This document shows, piece by piece, positions 29,133 to 39,452 of a stretch of 64,000 nucleotides of DNA (position 1 is the stretch's first letter; each line of letters starts with the position of its first letter). Location of the stretch: assembly GCA_963777315.1 (NCBI GenBank), contig CAVZQC010000002.1, positions 448,001-512,000 of the forward strand, written 5' to 3'. Both the position numbers and the translations under genes were made by a program. The DNA is from Vulcanimicrobiota bacterium (GTDB lineage Bacteria; Vulcanimicrobiota; Vulcanimicrobiia; Vulcanimicrobiales; Vulcanimicrobiaceae). Below the pieces are notes generated by a model. It made no database searches, had not been told where the DNA came from, and was given only the letters and a program-made list of their open reading frames with translations.

Positions 29133-29279
29133 GATTCATTATATCATCGGCGGCCAAGATTGGTTGCACAGCGAGCAGTTGACGGTCTCTGGACTTTGCG
29201 CCGGTATCGTTGCCCCATGGGGCTCTATCCATCTCCAATCCGGGAAACCGTTGCCGATGCGGCGCAGTATTCCGGTGCG

Positions 29280-29957
29280 ATGCGCATCTTGATCGTCGAA
29301 GACGACCGGGACATCTCCCAGCCTTTGGCCGGAGATTTGCGTCGCCAGCGCCACGTCGTCGACGTCGCAGAGGACGGCCCCGCGGGCTTGGCCTACGGTG
29401 AAAGCAGCGTGTACGACGTCGTCCTGCTCGACGTGATGCTGCCCGGAATGGACGGTTTGGAGATTTGCCGCCGCCTGCGTTGCGCGAAAATCGATTCGAT
29501 GATTCTGATGCTGACGGCCAGGGACACGGTCGAGGACAAAGTCAGGGCGTTGGACGCGGGCGCGGACGACTATCTGGTCAAGCCCTTCGATCTGTCGGAG
29601 CTTTCGGCCCGAGTCCGGGCACTGGGACGGCGCGCCGCCGAGGATCGCGATCCCGTCATCGAGCAGGCCGGCCTGAGGCTCGATCCGCGCAAACGGTCGG
29701 TAACCTTCGCAGGCCAAGCCGTGGCGCTCACTCCAACCGAGTTTGCGATCCTCGAAACCCTCATGCGCAATCCGTCGCAAATTTTCACCCGGTCGATGCT
29801 GCTCGACAAAGTTGCGTCGTTCGACAGCAACACCGCGGACAGCGCCATAAAAACGCACATAACGAACATCAGGCGCAAAGTCCGCGCCGCCGGCGCCCGG
29901 CGCGACGTCGTGGCGAACGTCTATGGCGCCGGCTACCGGCTCGCAGCGGCGAACTAG
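29280..29957 (+). CDS. OmpR-family response regulator
   Basis: MRILIVEDD, LLDVMLPGMDG, LTARD, GADDYLVKPF; winged helix ending VYGAGY. Confidence 0.95.
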   Translation: MRILIVEDDRDISQPLAGDLRRQRHVVDVAEDGPAGLAYGESSVYDVVLLDVMLPGMDGLEICRRLRCAKIDSMILMLTARDTVEDKVRALDAGADDYLVKPFDLSELSARVRALGRRAAEDRDPVIEQAGLRLDPRKRSVTFAGQAVALTPTEFAILETLMRNPSQIFTRSMLLDKVASFDSNTADSAIKTHITNIRRKVRAAGARRDVVANVYGAGYRLAAAN

Positions 29958-31215
29958 CCGGGAAACGGCGGTCCCGCGCGGCCTGGAGCGCCGCCTTTTC
30001 GTTTCGTACTTTTTGGTTTTCGCGCTGCTGCTGCTGGGGTTCACGCTCGCCATCCATTTTTCGTTCGACTCGAGCCTGGAATCCCAGATGGCCGCGCGGC
30101 TGGAGATACTGCTGTCGGTCGGGGCGCGCAGCGTACGCATCGAAGGCGGCAATCCCGTCGCGATCAAACATAGTCTGTCGGCGACGGCGCTGCTCGCCCG
30201 CGGCGAAGGGCTGCAATGGTTCGACCGCAGCGGAAGTTTGGTCGGGTCCGAAGGCCTGGTTCCGGCGCAAAAGCGTCTGACCACGTTTTCTGAAGCATTC
30301 TATCAAGTCAGTGCGGCGCAAGTGTTGCGAACGCGCACGAAAGAGCTGATCGATCCGCGCACGGGCGCCGTCGTCGGTTGGGTTCGAGCAGCACAGGACG
30401 TCGGACAGATCCGCAGCGATGCGTGGCACTTGGACGTGATACTCATCATCGGCGGCCTGTTCACGCTGGCTGCGAGCGCGCTGGGCGGCAGGTACCTTCA
30501 GGTCGGATCCGTCAGACCGATTCGCACCAGCTACGAACGGCTGCAGGAGTTCAGCGCAAATGCTTCACACGAACTGCGCGGCCCCATCACGGTGATGAAC
30601 AGCAATGCCGATGCGGCCTTGCGCGACGACGCCGGAATGCGGACGGCCGATCGCGATCGGTTCGCGGCGATATCGCAGGCGGCAAAACAGATGCGCCGCC
30701 TGACCGACGATCTGCTCTTGCTGGCTCGAGCCGATCGCTCGATCGAACGCGAGCTGTTCGTCGTCGATCTTGCGAGTTTGATCGACACCGTCGTTCGGCT
30801 CTACCGGCCGGCTTTCGATAAGCAAAACGTCCTGCTCGCGAGCCGCACGCAAAGCGGCATCCGGGCATACGGGAACCCGGACCAAATCGAGCGCATCATC
30901 GGCAATCTGCTCGAGAACGCGTTGCGCTACACGCCGGTAGGGGGCAGCGTGGAGGTCCAGGCCTCCCAAGACCGCAGGGGCGTGAGCGTACGCGTACGCG
31001 ATACGGGCATAGGAATCGACAAAGATCAACTGGACCGCATATTCGATCGGTTCTGGCGGGTTCAAACCGCGCGGCACCGCGCGGACGGAACCGGACTGGG
31101 ACTGCCGATCGCGCGCGCTTTGGCGCGCAGGCACGGCGGCGACGTAACCGTATCGAGCCGGTTAGGTCATGGCAGCGAATTCATCGTGACGTTTCCCGAC
31201 AGGCCGCCGACCTAG
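29923..31215 (+). CDS. sensor histidine kinase
   Basis: Two TM segments; H-box ASHELRGP, N-box NLLENALRY, DTGIGI, GTGLGL. Confidence 0.94.
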   Translation: MAPATGSQRRTSRETAVPRGLERRLFVSYFLVFALLLLGFTLAIHFSFDSSLESQMAARLEILLSVGARSVRIEGGNPVAIKHSLSATALLARGEGLQWFDRSGSLVGSEGLVPAQKRLTTFSEAFYQVSAAQVLRTRTKELIDPRTGAVVGWVRAAQDVGQIRSDAWHLDVILIIGGLFTLAASALGGRYLQVGSVRPIRTSYERLQEFSANASHELRGPITVMNSNADAALRDDAGMRTADRDRFAAISQAAKQMRRLTDDLLLLARADRSIERELFVVDLASLIDTVVRLYRPAFDKQNVLLASRTQSGIRAYGNPDQIERIIGNLLENALRYTPVGGSVEVQASQDRRGVSVRVRDTGIGIDKDQLDRIFDRFWRVQTARHRADGTGLGLPIARALARRHGGDVTVSSRLGHGSEFIVTFPDRPPT

Positions 31216-31241
31216 TGTCCCGAGCCTCCCGAGCGGGACAG

Positions 31242-31685
31242 TTATTTCGTGATGTGTATGCCGTTCGGGCAGTAGGCCATGTGCACGGCGTGCGGCACGT
31301 AGTACGCGTGAACGTCATAGTGCGGAATGGGATAGCCTTCATGGCCGTGCGGTTCGAATTCGACGTCGACGTGATCGATCTGATAGCCCGGCAGCGGCTT
31401 GAGCATGTCTTCAAAGCTTTTTCCCTGCACGAAATCCTGTTGATCGATCATGATTTCGGTGAACACCGGCTTGCCGTTATAGGTGCCGTATATCGGCCCG
31501 ACCGGCAGATCCTTTGGGTTGGCCCAGTGATCGCCCATGCCGGCGACGCACGGCGAAACCAGCACGGCGTCGGCGGGTATTCCCGCCGGATGCACTTTGG
31601 GCTGCGGCGGCAATTGCATCGGTGCAGCGGCGCCGGCCAGACACGCCGACAGAAAAAGTGCCGCCGTAATAACGATTCGTTTCAT
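31242..31685 (-). CDS. secreted His/Met-containing protein (DUF5602/TTHB210-like)
   Basis: Signal peptide; CVAGMGDHW, PIYG, PHGHEG..PHYDVH. AAAGGA RBS upstream. Confidence 0.65.
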   Translation of the reverse strand: MKRIVITAALFLSACLAGAAAPMQLPPQPKVHPAGIPADAVLVSPCVAGMGDHWANPKDLPVGPIYGTYNGKPVFTEIMIDQQDFVQGKSFEDMLKPLPGYQIDHVDVEFEPHGHEGYPIPHYDVHAYYVPHAVHMAYCPNGIHITK

Positions 31686-31896
31686 ACATGTTCCTTTTTC
31701 GGTAGTCACCGGTTGGAGAACCGAGCGGCTCGGTTTTCAAGTACGCCGGTCGTACCCCTTTCAGCTCAGACGACATATCGAGCGGAGCGCAGTATTTTAA
31801 TCCAAAACCAAGCACCTGCTTGGTAGAATTTCGCGGCGGTCCTCGTCTGCTCACCGGAGAAGTCGATACCATGCGCGAGGAGTGCGTTCAAGCGCG

Positions 31897-33261
31897 ATGA
31901 CCACGTTGCTTCTTCGCAAGGCGGCATTTTTGGCAACGTTCGACGACGCGGGCTGCACCTACCAAGACGCTGCCGTCCTCATTCGCGACAACGTCATCGA
32001 GCAGCTCGGGCGCAGCGTCGACGTACCGGGGGAGGCGGACTACACGCTCGACGCGAGCAATCTCATCTTGCTTCCGGGGCTCGTCAATACCCACCATCAC
32101 TTCTATCAAACTCTCACGCGCAACGTCCCCGGAACGCAAAACGCAGGACTTTTCGATTGGCTTACGGCGCTCTATCCGATTTGGGGTAGAATGACGCCGC
32201 AGGCGATTGCCGTTTCGACGATGACCGCGATGGCGGAACTGATGCTGACGGGCTGCACCTCCACGAGCGATCACTGCTACATCTGGCCGAACGGCGCGCG
32301 CATTGACGATCAAATCGAGGCGGCGCGCGTCATGGGCATGCGATTTCACGCTGCGCGCGGCTCAATGTCGGTGGGACAATCGCGCGGCGGCCTGCCACCG
32401 GACAGCATCGTGGAAGACGAAGGCGTCATTCTGCGCGACTCGCAGCGCGCGATCGATGCATATCACGACGCGGCTCGCTTCTCGATGACGCGCATCGTAC
32501 TCGCCCCTTGCTCGCCGTTTTCCGTTTCGGCGGATTTGATGCGCGAAACCGTGGCGCTCGCGCGCGCGAACAACGTGCATTCGCACACGCATCTTGCGGA
32601 AACGATGGACGAAGAGCGCTTTTGCACAAAACGGTTCGGAAGAAGGCCGGTCGAGCTTGCTGCCGATTTGGGGTGGACGGGCGAGGATGTCTGGCACGCC
32701 CACGCCGTGTGCAGCTCCGACGCCGACGCCGCAGTTCTGGGCCGTACGCATACCGGCATCGCACATTGTCCCACATCGAACTTGCGCCTGGGGTCGGGCA
32801 TTGCGCCCATCGCCCGGCTTGCGCGCGCGGGAGCTCGCATTGGGCTGGGCGTCGATGGTTCGGCATCCAACGATGCTTCGTCGATGCTCGACGAAGCGCG
32901 CCAAGCGCTGCTGCTCGCTCGTGCCGGCGGCGATCCGTCGGCGATGACCGCAACGACGGCGCTTTCCTTTGCAACGCGCGGCGGTGCGCGGGTTCTGGGC
33001 CGCGACGACATTGGGATGCTTGCGCCGGGGATGGCGGCCGACGTCGTCGGCTATCGCATCGACACGCTGCCGCTCGCCGGCGCGGCCGTACACGATCCAA
33101 TCGCCTCGCTGCTCTTCTGCCGTCCCGGCAACGTGGACTTGAGCATCATCAACGGCCGGCAGCGCATCCGCGACGGCAAGTTCGTGGATCTGGATTTAGA
33201 TGGGCTGATCGAGCGGCACAATCGGATCGCTCGCGCGCTCGTCCGCGACGAGTTGCGCTGA
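31897..33261 (+). CDS. 8-oxoguanine deaminase-like amidohydrolase
   Basis: PGLVNTHHHFYQTLTR, APCSPFSV, HTHLAET, HCPTSN.RLGSG, GVDGSASND; sits in the purine cluster. Confidence 0.88.
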   Translation: MTTLLLRKAAFLATFDDAGCTYQDAAVLIRDNVIEQLGRSVDVPGEADYTLDASNLILLPGLVNTHHHFYQTLTRNVPGTQNAGLFDWLTALYPIWGRMTPQAIAVSTMTAMAELMLTGCTSTSDHCYIWPNGARIDDQIEAARVMGMRFHAARGSMSVGQSRGGLPPDSIVEDEGVILRDSQRAIDAYHDAARFSMTRIVLAPCSPFSVSADLMRETVALARANNVHSHTHLAETMDEERFCTKRFGRRPVELAADLGWTGEDVWHAHAVCSSDADAAVLGRTHTGIAHCPTSNLRLGSGIAPIARLARAGARIGLGVDGSASNDASSMLDEARQALLLARAGGDPSAMTATTALSFATRGGARVLGRDDIGMLAPGMAADVVGYRIDTLPLAGAAVHDPIASLLFCRPGNVDLSIINGRQRIRDGKFVDLDLDGLIERHNRIARALVRDELR

Positions 33262-35403
33262 GTGCGCCAAAGCGCGAAGGACGCGTTCGGGCGTCATCGG
33301 CAGTTCGCAAACCCAAGCTCCGGTCGCGGCATGAATGGCACTCGCCACGGCGGCGGCAAACGGAACCAGCGCCATCTCTGCAACGCCCCGCGCCCCGAAC
33401 GGACCGTGCGGATCGGCGCCTTCTAAGATCTCGGTGTACACTTCGGTCGGCATGTCGAGCGTCGTCGGCAGCAAGTACGTGCTCAAGTACGGCGTTTGAA
33501 TTTTACCGGCTTTGCATTGCAGATGCTCGGTGAGAGTGTACCCGACGGCTTGCGCCAAGCATCCCTCGACCTGGGCTTCGATCTGCTGTGGATTAATTGC
33601 GCGTCCGACATCGTGAACGCTCAGTATCTTCAGCACGCGCACTTGTCCGGTACGCGTGTTGACTTCCACTTCGACCGCCTGCGAAACATAACCGTACGAA
33701 TAATTCGGCGTCCCGGCGGTCGTTTGCGGATCGATCGGCGTCGTTGCACCCGGACGGAATTGCACCGTTGCGCGTGCGTCCGGCCCGGGAAACTTGGCCT
33801 TTGCGGATTCGGCCGCATCCTTGACCGCGCGTCCGGCCATCAACGTGAGCCGGGACGCGGACGCGCTGCCGGCATCCGGCGCGGTGCTCGAGTCGTCCGT
33901 CACCATTCGAACGATCTCGAACGGCACGGCCAGAGCCTGCGCTGCGATCTGCCGCAAGATGGTGTGAACGCCTTGTCCGACCTCGGCCGCTCCGCAGCGC
34001 ACCGTTGCGGCTTGAATATCGCGTTCGCCGAACAGTTCCACGGTTGCGGTCGCCTGCTCCGGAAATCCGAACGAATAGCCGACGTTTTTGATGCCCGACG
34101 CGATTGCGACCCCGCGGCGCAAATGCGTTTTGGGCCGGTGATCGGGCACCCCGTACTGCAGCCGTTTGCGGCCTTCTCGAATGCACCGTTCGAGAGTAGG
34201 AACGGCTCCGACGCCGGCGGGCAGCGGATGCTGCGTAGGCTCGATGCTGCCTTCGCGATACATATTGCGCAGTCGAATTTCGACCGGATCGATGTCGAGC
34301 GCGTGCGCGAGACGGGTCACCATGCTTTCGGCGGCAAACTGCGCTTGAGGCGATCCGAAGCCGCGGAAGGCTCCGCTGGGCACGTTGTTCGTGTAGACGG
34401 CGTAACCGTCCGATGCGACGTTTTCGATCTCGTAGCAGCCGCTGGCAAAAAGCGTCGCGCCTTTGAGCACTTCGACGCTCGTCGACGCGTACGCGCCCCC
34501 ATCGCAAACCAGTTCGGTCCGGGCGGCGAGGATGCGGCCGTCGCGCCGCGCGGCCCACTTGGATCGTATCGAAAACGGATGCCGTTTGTGATGTCCGATT
34601 ATCGATTCTTCCCGCGTCCAAATGATGGCGCAGGGGCGCTTGAGCTTCCATGCCGCCAGCGCGAGGGCGGTCTGAACGCTCAAATCTTCCCGGCCGCCGA
34701 AGGCGCCGCCGATTTTTGCGTAGCGCACTATCACGTCGTCGTCTTTGAGATGCAGCATCTTGGCGAGCTGCTTGCGATCTTCGTGCAACCACTGTCCCGC
34801 GGTTACCACGACGAGTTTATCGCCTTCGTAAAGCGCAATGCCGGCATCGGGCTGCAGATATGCGTGTTCCTGCCACGACGTTTCGAATTCGCCGGTAAGG
34901 ACCACGTGCGCGCTCGCAAATGCGCTCTCGACGTCGCCTTTGTGGATTTGTACGTGCGCCAGCACGTTGGTTTCACGATCGGCGTGCACAAGCGGAGCGT
35001 CCGGCATCATCCCCGCTCGCGCGTCCGTAACTGCGGGCAAGTCTTCGTACGAGACTTTGACGCGCATGGCAGCCGAATCCGCCGCCGCCTGCGTCTGTGC
35101 CGCTACGACTGCCACCTTGTCGCCGTGGTGTCGCACGACGTCGTCGCAAAGTACCGGTTGATCCTCGGTTATCAGCCCATAACGGTTGTACGGAACGTCC
35201 TTGGACGTAAAGACCCCCAAGACGCCGGGAATTGCCATCGCTTCGGATATGTCGATCGAAACGATGCGCGCGTGCGCCCGCTGGGCGAATACGACTTTGA
35301 GCCGCACCATGTCGGGCCGCACGAGGTCTGCCGGATAGGCTGCCGCTCCCGTCACTTTTTCAAGCGCGTCCGTGCGCGCCATAGGCCTTCCGACGAAGTT
35401 CAA
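33196..35403 (-). CDS. xanthine dehydrogenase-family molybdopterin-binding subunit
   Basis: KVTG.A.Y, IGGAFGG, GAFRGFG, EVGQG, HDVGRAINP, GPFGARGVAE. TTG start overlaps the upstream stop. Confidence 0.92.
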   Translation of the reverse strand: MNFVGRPMARTDALEKVTGAAAYPADLVRPDMVRLKVVFAQRAHARIVSIDISEAMAIPGVLGVFTSKDVPYNRYGLITEDQPVLCDDVVRHHGDKVAVVAAQTQAAADSAAMRVKVSYEDLPAVTDARAGMMPDAPLVHADRETNVLAHVQIHKGDVESAFASAHVVLTGEFETSWQEHAYLQPDAGIALYEGDKLVVVTAGQWLHEDRKQLAKMLHLKDDDVIVRYAKIGGAFGGREDLSVQTALALAAWKLKRPCAIIWTREESIIGHHKRHPFSIRSKWAARRDGRILAARTELVCDGGAYASTSVEVLKGATLFASGCYEIENVASDGYAVYTNNVPSGAFRGFGSPQAQFAAESMVTRLAHALDIDPVEIRLRNMYREGSIEPTQHPLPAGVGAVPTLERCIREGRKRLQYGVPDHRPKTHLRRGVAIASGIKNVGYSFGFPEQATATVELFGERDIQAATVRCGAAEVGQGVHTILRQIAAQALAVPFEIVRMVTDDSSTAPDAGSASASRLTLMAGRAVKDAAESAKAKFPGPDARATVQFRPGATTPIDPQTTAGTPNYSYGYVSQAVEVEVNTRTGQVRVLKILSVHDVGRAINPQQIEAQVEGCLAQAVGYTLTEHLQCKAGKIQTPYLSTYLLPTTLDMPTEVYTEILEGADPHGPFGARGVAEMALVPFAAAVASAIHAATGAWVCELPMTPERVLRALAHSAQLVADERASDPIVPLDQPI

Positions 35404-36809
35404 ACTTCGACCGCCTCGCGCATCGTCCGTTCGCCGGCCGCAGCCATGGCGTCGAGAATCTTGCGATAGCCCGTGCAGCGGCAGATATTGCCGCTGATTG
35501 CAGCCTGGTACTGCTCCAGAGTCGGCTGCGGATGCTCCTGCAGCAGTTTTGCGCCCGCCATGATCATGCCGGGGATGCAGAAACCGCATTGAACGGCAGC
35601 GCGGTCGATGTAGGCTTCCTGCAAAGGATGCAGTTCGTCGCCGCGGGCCAAACCTTCGACGGTGGTGACGTCCGCGCCGTGCGCTTGCGCGGCGGGCACA
35701 AGGCACGACATGACGGCCTGTCCGTTGAGCCACACCGTGCATGCCCCGCACTCGCCCTCGGCACAGCCTTCCTTTGCACCGATCAAACCGACGTCGTCAC
35801 GCAGTGCGTTCAGCAGCGTTTTGTGCTGCGCGCCGGCGATCGCAGTTGCTCGGCCGTTGATCGTCGTTTCAATCGTTCCCGCGAATGCAGCGGGCGTGGC
35901 GGCGGGCTTGCTGCAAGTATCCAACAGCACCGGCGCACCAGGGAGTCCTTCGGCGCAGCGGTTTTCCGCGATTCGCTTAAGGCCGTCTTCGATGAAGACG
36001 GCCAGCATGGCCGCGCGATATTCTTTTGAACCGCGCACGTCATCGATCGGTGCGACGTCCAGCGTTGCTAAACGCCCGGCTTCACGGCGAGCGGCGTCAT
36101 CGAGCGGCTTGCCGAGCAGATACGCTTCGACGGACCGTGCATGGACGATGGTGGGCGCCAAACACCCAAGCGTAATGCTCGCGTCTCGAACGCGTTCACC
36201 GTCGAAGCCGATGACGAACGCTGCGTCGATGACGGAAATGGCTTGCGCGCGTCGCAATCCGAGCTTGAGGAATAGGCCCCGGCGAGCGGCGCCGAGCTTC
36301 GCAAACCGGATTTCGGTGAGCAGCTCATCGCTAGCGGCTACCGTCCTGCGAAACCCGCAATAGAATTCGGCGATCGGCACGCAGCGCGTGCCCTTGGCGC
36401 TTTGCAGCGTAATCGTGCAGTCCAGTGCGGCCAGCGACGTGATGGTGTCGTTAGCCGGCGACGCGGTCAGCACGTTGCCCGCGATTGTGCCGCGCGTGCG
36501 AATTTGGGGGGCGCCCACTTCCAGGCAGGCTTGCACGAGCGGAAGCGCGTGAAGAACGCAGGCGTGCGATGCTATGACGTCATTGTGGGTCGCAATGCCG
36601 CCGATGGCGATGTGATCCGCGTCGGACCGCACGTAGCGAAGTTCATCGAGCTTGGTGATATCGATGAGGGTGCGCGCGGGCTTGCCGCCGCGCTGCAACT
36701 CGACCAAGACGTCGGTTCCGCCGGCCACGATTCGCGTTTGGCCGTCCTGCTGTTCCAGGAGAGCGAGCGCTTCCGGCACCGACGTGGGTTGGAGGTATCG
36801 CTCCCACAT
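35400..36809 (-). CDS. XDH FAD-binding plus [2Fe-2S] fusion subunit
   Basis: N-terminal AGGTD, GAPQIRTRGTIAGN and PIDDVRGS; C-terminal KEGC.EGECGACTV, QCGFCIPG and GNICRCTGY. Confidence 0.9.
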   Translation of the reverse strand: MWERYLQPTSVPEALALLEQQDGQTRIVAGGTDVLVELQRGGKPARTLIDITKLDELRYVRSDADHIAIGGIATHNDVIASHACVLHALPLVQACLEVGAPQIRTRGTIAGNVLTASPANDTITSLAALDCTITLQSAKGTRCVPIAEFYCGFRRTVAASDELLTEIRFAKLGAARRGLFLKLGLRRAQAISVIDAAFVIGFDGERVRDASITLGCLAPTIVHARSVEAYLLGKPLDDAARREAGRLATLDVAPIDDVRGSKEYRAAMLAVFIEDGLKRIAENRCAEGLPGAPVLLDTCSKPAATPAAFAGTIETTINGRATAIAGAQHKTLLNALRDDVGLIGAKEGCAEGECGACTVWLNGQAVMSCLVPAAQAHGADVTTVEGLARGDELHPLQEAYIDRAAVQCGFCIPGMIMAGAKLLQEHPQPTLEQYQAAISGNICRCTGYRKILDAMAAAGERTMREAVEV

Positions 36810-36849
36810 GATACGGATTTCACCACAGCCGCGTGGAAGCCATGTTCCA

Positions 36850-37935
36850 ATGCTGGATCTGCTGGACGACATCGCCGGCTGGCAGCGTGCCGGGCGCGAA
36901 ATTGCACTGGCCACGCTCGTGGACGTGCGCGGTTCGGCTCCACGCGATCCGGGAGCGGCATTGGCGATCACGAACGCCGGCGAACTCGCCGGTTCGGTGA
37001 GCGGCGGCTGCGTCGAAGCAGCGTTGGTCGAAGAAGCCGGCTCGATTCTGAGCGGCGCGCCGGCGCGCATCGTTGAGTACGGCATTTCGGATGCCGACGC
37101 GCAAGCGGTCGGCCTGACGTGCGGCGGCAAACTGCGGGTTTTCATCGAACGTCTTGCCCCGGACATTGCGGCGGTGGTCTCTACGCGCTCACAGAGCGAC
37201 GATCTCGCCGGTCTGGCAGTTCGTCTGACGGGACCGCTTGCCGGTTCGCGCCTTTGCGCGTTCGCGGGCGGCGTAGCCGGTACGCTGGGAAACGGCGGGC
37301 TCGACGCCGCCGTGGCCGCCGAGCTTCGTTCGAACGCGGCAAACCATGTGCCGCAGACGCGAACGTACGGCGAGTCCGGCGAACCGCACGGAACGGTGGA
37401 AGTTTTTCTCCAGCGCATCGCATCCGCACCGCAGATGTACATTTTTGGAGCGATGGATTTCACCAACGCCGTCGCGCACGTCGCGAAATTTCTGGGATAC
37501 CACGTCACCGTTTGCGACGCGCGCCCCGCGTTTGCGACGCGCGAACGCCTTCCGGACGCGGATGCGATTGCCGTGCGGTGGCCGGACGAATTTCTCACGG
37601 ACGCGCCGGTGGACGAGCGAACCGCGCTCATCGTACTGACGCACGATGAAAAATTCGACGTTCCGCTTTTGCGGATTGCGGTGAAGAGCCGCGCCGGATA
37701 CATCGGCGTGATGGGAAGCCGCAGGACGCACGCGCGCCGGCTCGATCAGTTACGCGAGCTCGGCGTTACCGGCGAGCAGATCCAACGCCTAAGCGCACCC
37801 GTAGGATTGGACATCGGCGCCCGCACGCCGCAGGAAACGGCGGTTTCGATCTGCGCGGAACTGATCGCAATCGGACATCGCCGCAGCGGCGGCAGACTCA
37901 CCGGCGGAGGCGGGGCGGTGCGCGGGACGCCGTGA
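36850..37935 (+). CDS. xdhC: XdhC/CoxI-family accessory protein
   Basis: GSAPRDPGA, GSVSGGCVE, GLTCGG, YIGVMGSRR, PVGLDIGARTPQETAVSI. Confidence 0.92.
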   Translation: MLDLLDDIAGWQRAGREIALATLVDVRGSAPRDPGAALAITNAGELAGSVSGGCVEAALVEEAGSILSGAPARIVEYGISDADAQAVGLTCGGKLRVFIERLAPDIAAVVSTRSQSDDLAGLAVRLTGPLAGSRLCAFAGGVAGTLGNGGLDAAVAAELRSNAANHVPQTRTYGESGEPHGTVEVFLQRIASAPQMYIFGAMDFTNAVAHVAKFLGYHVTVCDARPAFATRERLPDADAIAVRWPDEFLTDAPVDERTALIVLTHDEKFDVPLLRIAVKSRAGYIGVMGSRRTHARRLDQLRELGVTGEQIQRLSAPVGLDIGARTPQETAVSICAELIAIGHRRSGGRLTGGGGAVRGTP

Positions 37936-38477
37936 ACGTACGCGCCGTGATTCTTGCGGCGGGCCGGTCCGAACGCATGGGCCGGCAAAAGTTGCTGATG
38001 CCTTTTCGCGGCAAGCCGATGATCCAGCACGCGATAGCGGCCTGCCGTGATTGGGATCCACTGATCGTTGCCAGCCCAGATCTCGCAACGTTCTTGCAAA
38101 CCGCGCCGGGCCTGACGGTCGTGCTCAACGAGCATCCGGAGTTGGGCATGTCGCACTCGCTCGAGCTCGCCCACGAAGCGCTGCCGCCGGAGCAGCCGAT
38201 TATCGTTCTGCTCGGCGATAAGCCGTTGGTGACGCGCTCGCTGATTGCGAGCATTTGCGATTCGGCAGCGGGCGCAGACCTTGTCTATCCCCGCCGGGGG
38301 GCGCAGCCCGGCCATCCGGTATTTTTTTCCGCTGCTGCGCGATCGCGGATTCCGGCACTGCCGCCCGGCGACTCGCTGCGCGAGCTGCGCACGGACCCCG
38401 CGCTCATTTGCATTGCTCGGGAGACGCAAGACGAGGGCGCATATTTCGACGTCGATCGGTATCCGCTCGATTCGTAG
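37932..38477 (+). CDS. molybdenum cofactor cytidylyltransferase-like nucleotidyltransferase (MocA family)
   Basis: ILAAGRSERMG..KLL, GMSHSL, LGDKP, GHPVFF, DVD; follows xdhC. Confidence 0.85.
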   Translation: MNVRAVILAAGRSERMGRQKLLMPFRGKPMIQHAIAACRDWDPLIVASPDLATFLQTAPGLTVVLNEHPELGMSHSLELAHEALPPEQPIIVLLGDKPLVTRSLIASICDSAAGADLVYPRRGAQPGHPVFFSAAARSRIPALPPGDSLRELRTDPALICIARETQDEGAYFDVDRYPLDS

Positions 38478-38543
38478 CCCGTCGCGCCCGCGGCCCGGAT
38501 TGCCGGGAAGGGTTCGTTTCGATCTTCGCGACATCGAATCGGC

Positions 38544-39452
38544 ATGGCAATGTACGCGCGCGACATGGTTGGTTACGGCGCCACTCCTCCGGATCCGCGA
38601 TGGCCCGGCGGAGCGCGCATCGCGGTCCAGATCGTACTGAATTACGAAGAGGGATCGGAGTACTCGATCCCCGACGGCGACCGCGCTTCCGAGCTGTATC
38701 TCACCGAGGTTCCCGGCGCCACCGTTGGCCCGGCAAAGCGCGATCTGATCGTCGAGTCCGTCTACGAATACGGAAGCCGGGCCGGTTTCTGGCGGCTCAT
38801 GCGTCTGTTTGCCGATCGCAGCCTCCCGCTGACCGTTTTCGGAGCGGCGCTCGCATTGGAACGCAATCCGCAAGCAGCCGCGGCCATCCGCAATGCCGGT
38901 CACGAAGTTTGTTCGCACGGTTATCGCTGGGTCGGCTTTCACGACATGAGCGAAAAGAAAGAACGCAAGGAGATGAAAAAAGCCGTAGAGTCGATCGCGC
39001 GCACCATCGGCGAACGGCCCTATGGATGGTACTGCCGCTACGCTCCCAGCGAAAACACCCGGCGGCTCGTCGTGGAAGAGGGCGGCTTTTTGTACGACTC
39101 GGACGCGTATAACGACGACCTTCCGTACTGGGTCAACGTCTCGGGAAAAGATCACCTGGTGATTCCTTACACCCTGGACGTCAACGATATGAAATGGTGC
39201 GTGTCACCGGGATTCTCATCGCCCTCAGGTTATTATGAATACATGCGCGACGCGTTCGACACGCTGTATCGCGAAGGCCGAAGCTCGCCCAAGTTGATGT
39301 CGGTCGGATTGCACCCGCGGCTGGCGGGCCGGCCAGGACGCGCAGGCGCCGTCGAACGTTTTTTGGACCATATGATGAAGCACGAACAGGTGTGGATCTG
39401 CCGCCGCGTCGACGTTGCGCGTCATTGGATCGCCCACCATCCGCCGCGATGA
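38544..39452 (+). CDS. puuE: allantoinase PuuE (polysaccharide deacetylase fold)
   Basis: RDMVGYG..PP.P.WPG.ARIAVQ.VLNYEEG, ESVYEYGSRAGFWR, SHGYRW, IPYTLD.ND, SVGLH.RL.GRPGR. Confidence 0.92.
   Translation: MAMYARDMVGYGATPPDPRWPGGARIAVQIVLNYEEGSEYSIPDGDRASELYLTEVPGATVGPAKRDLIVESVYEYGSRAGFWRLMRLFADRSLPLTVFGAALALERNPQAAAAIRNAGHEVCSHGYRWVGFHDMSEKKERKEMKKAVESIARTIGERPYGWYCRYAPSENTRRLVVEEGGFLYDSDAYNDDLPYWVNVSGKDHLVIPYTLDVNDMKWCVSPGFSSPSGYYEYMRDAFDTLYREGRSSPKLMSVGLHPRLAGRPGRAGAVERFLDHMMKHEQVWICRRVDVARHWIAHHPPR

Noticed and set aside
33496..35469. Long antisense/shadow ORFs (e.g. 33496-35469, 11789-13228, 61358-62773)
   Set aside because: They lie opposite well-supported genes and are typical stop-poor frames of high-GC DNA with no motifs.
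38500..38517. Possible att-like copy of the tRNA-Leu 3' end (tgccgggaagggttcg)
   Set aside because: The match is short and has several mismatches, it lies inside the purine operon, and no integrase is present.
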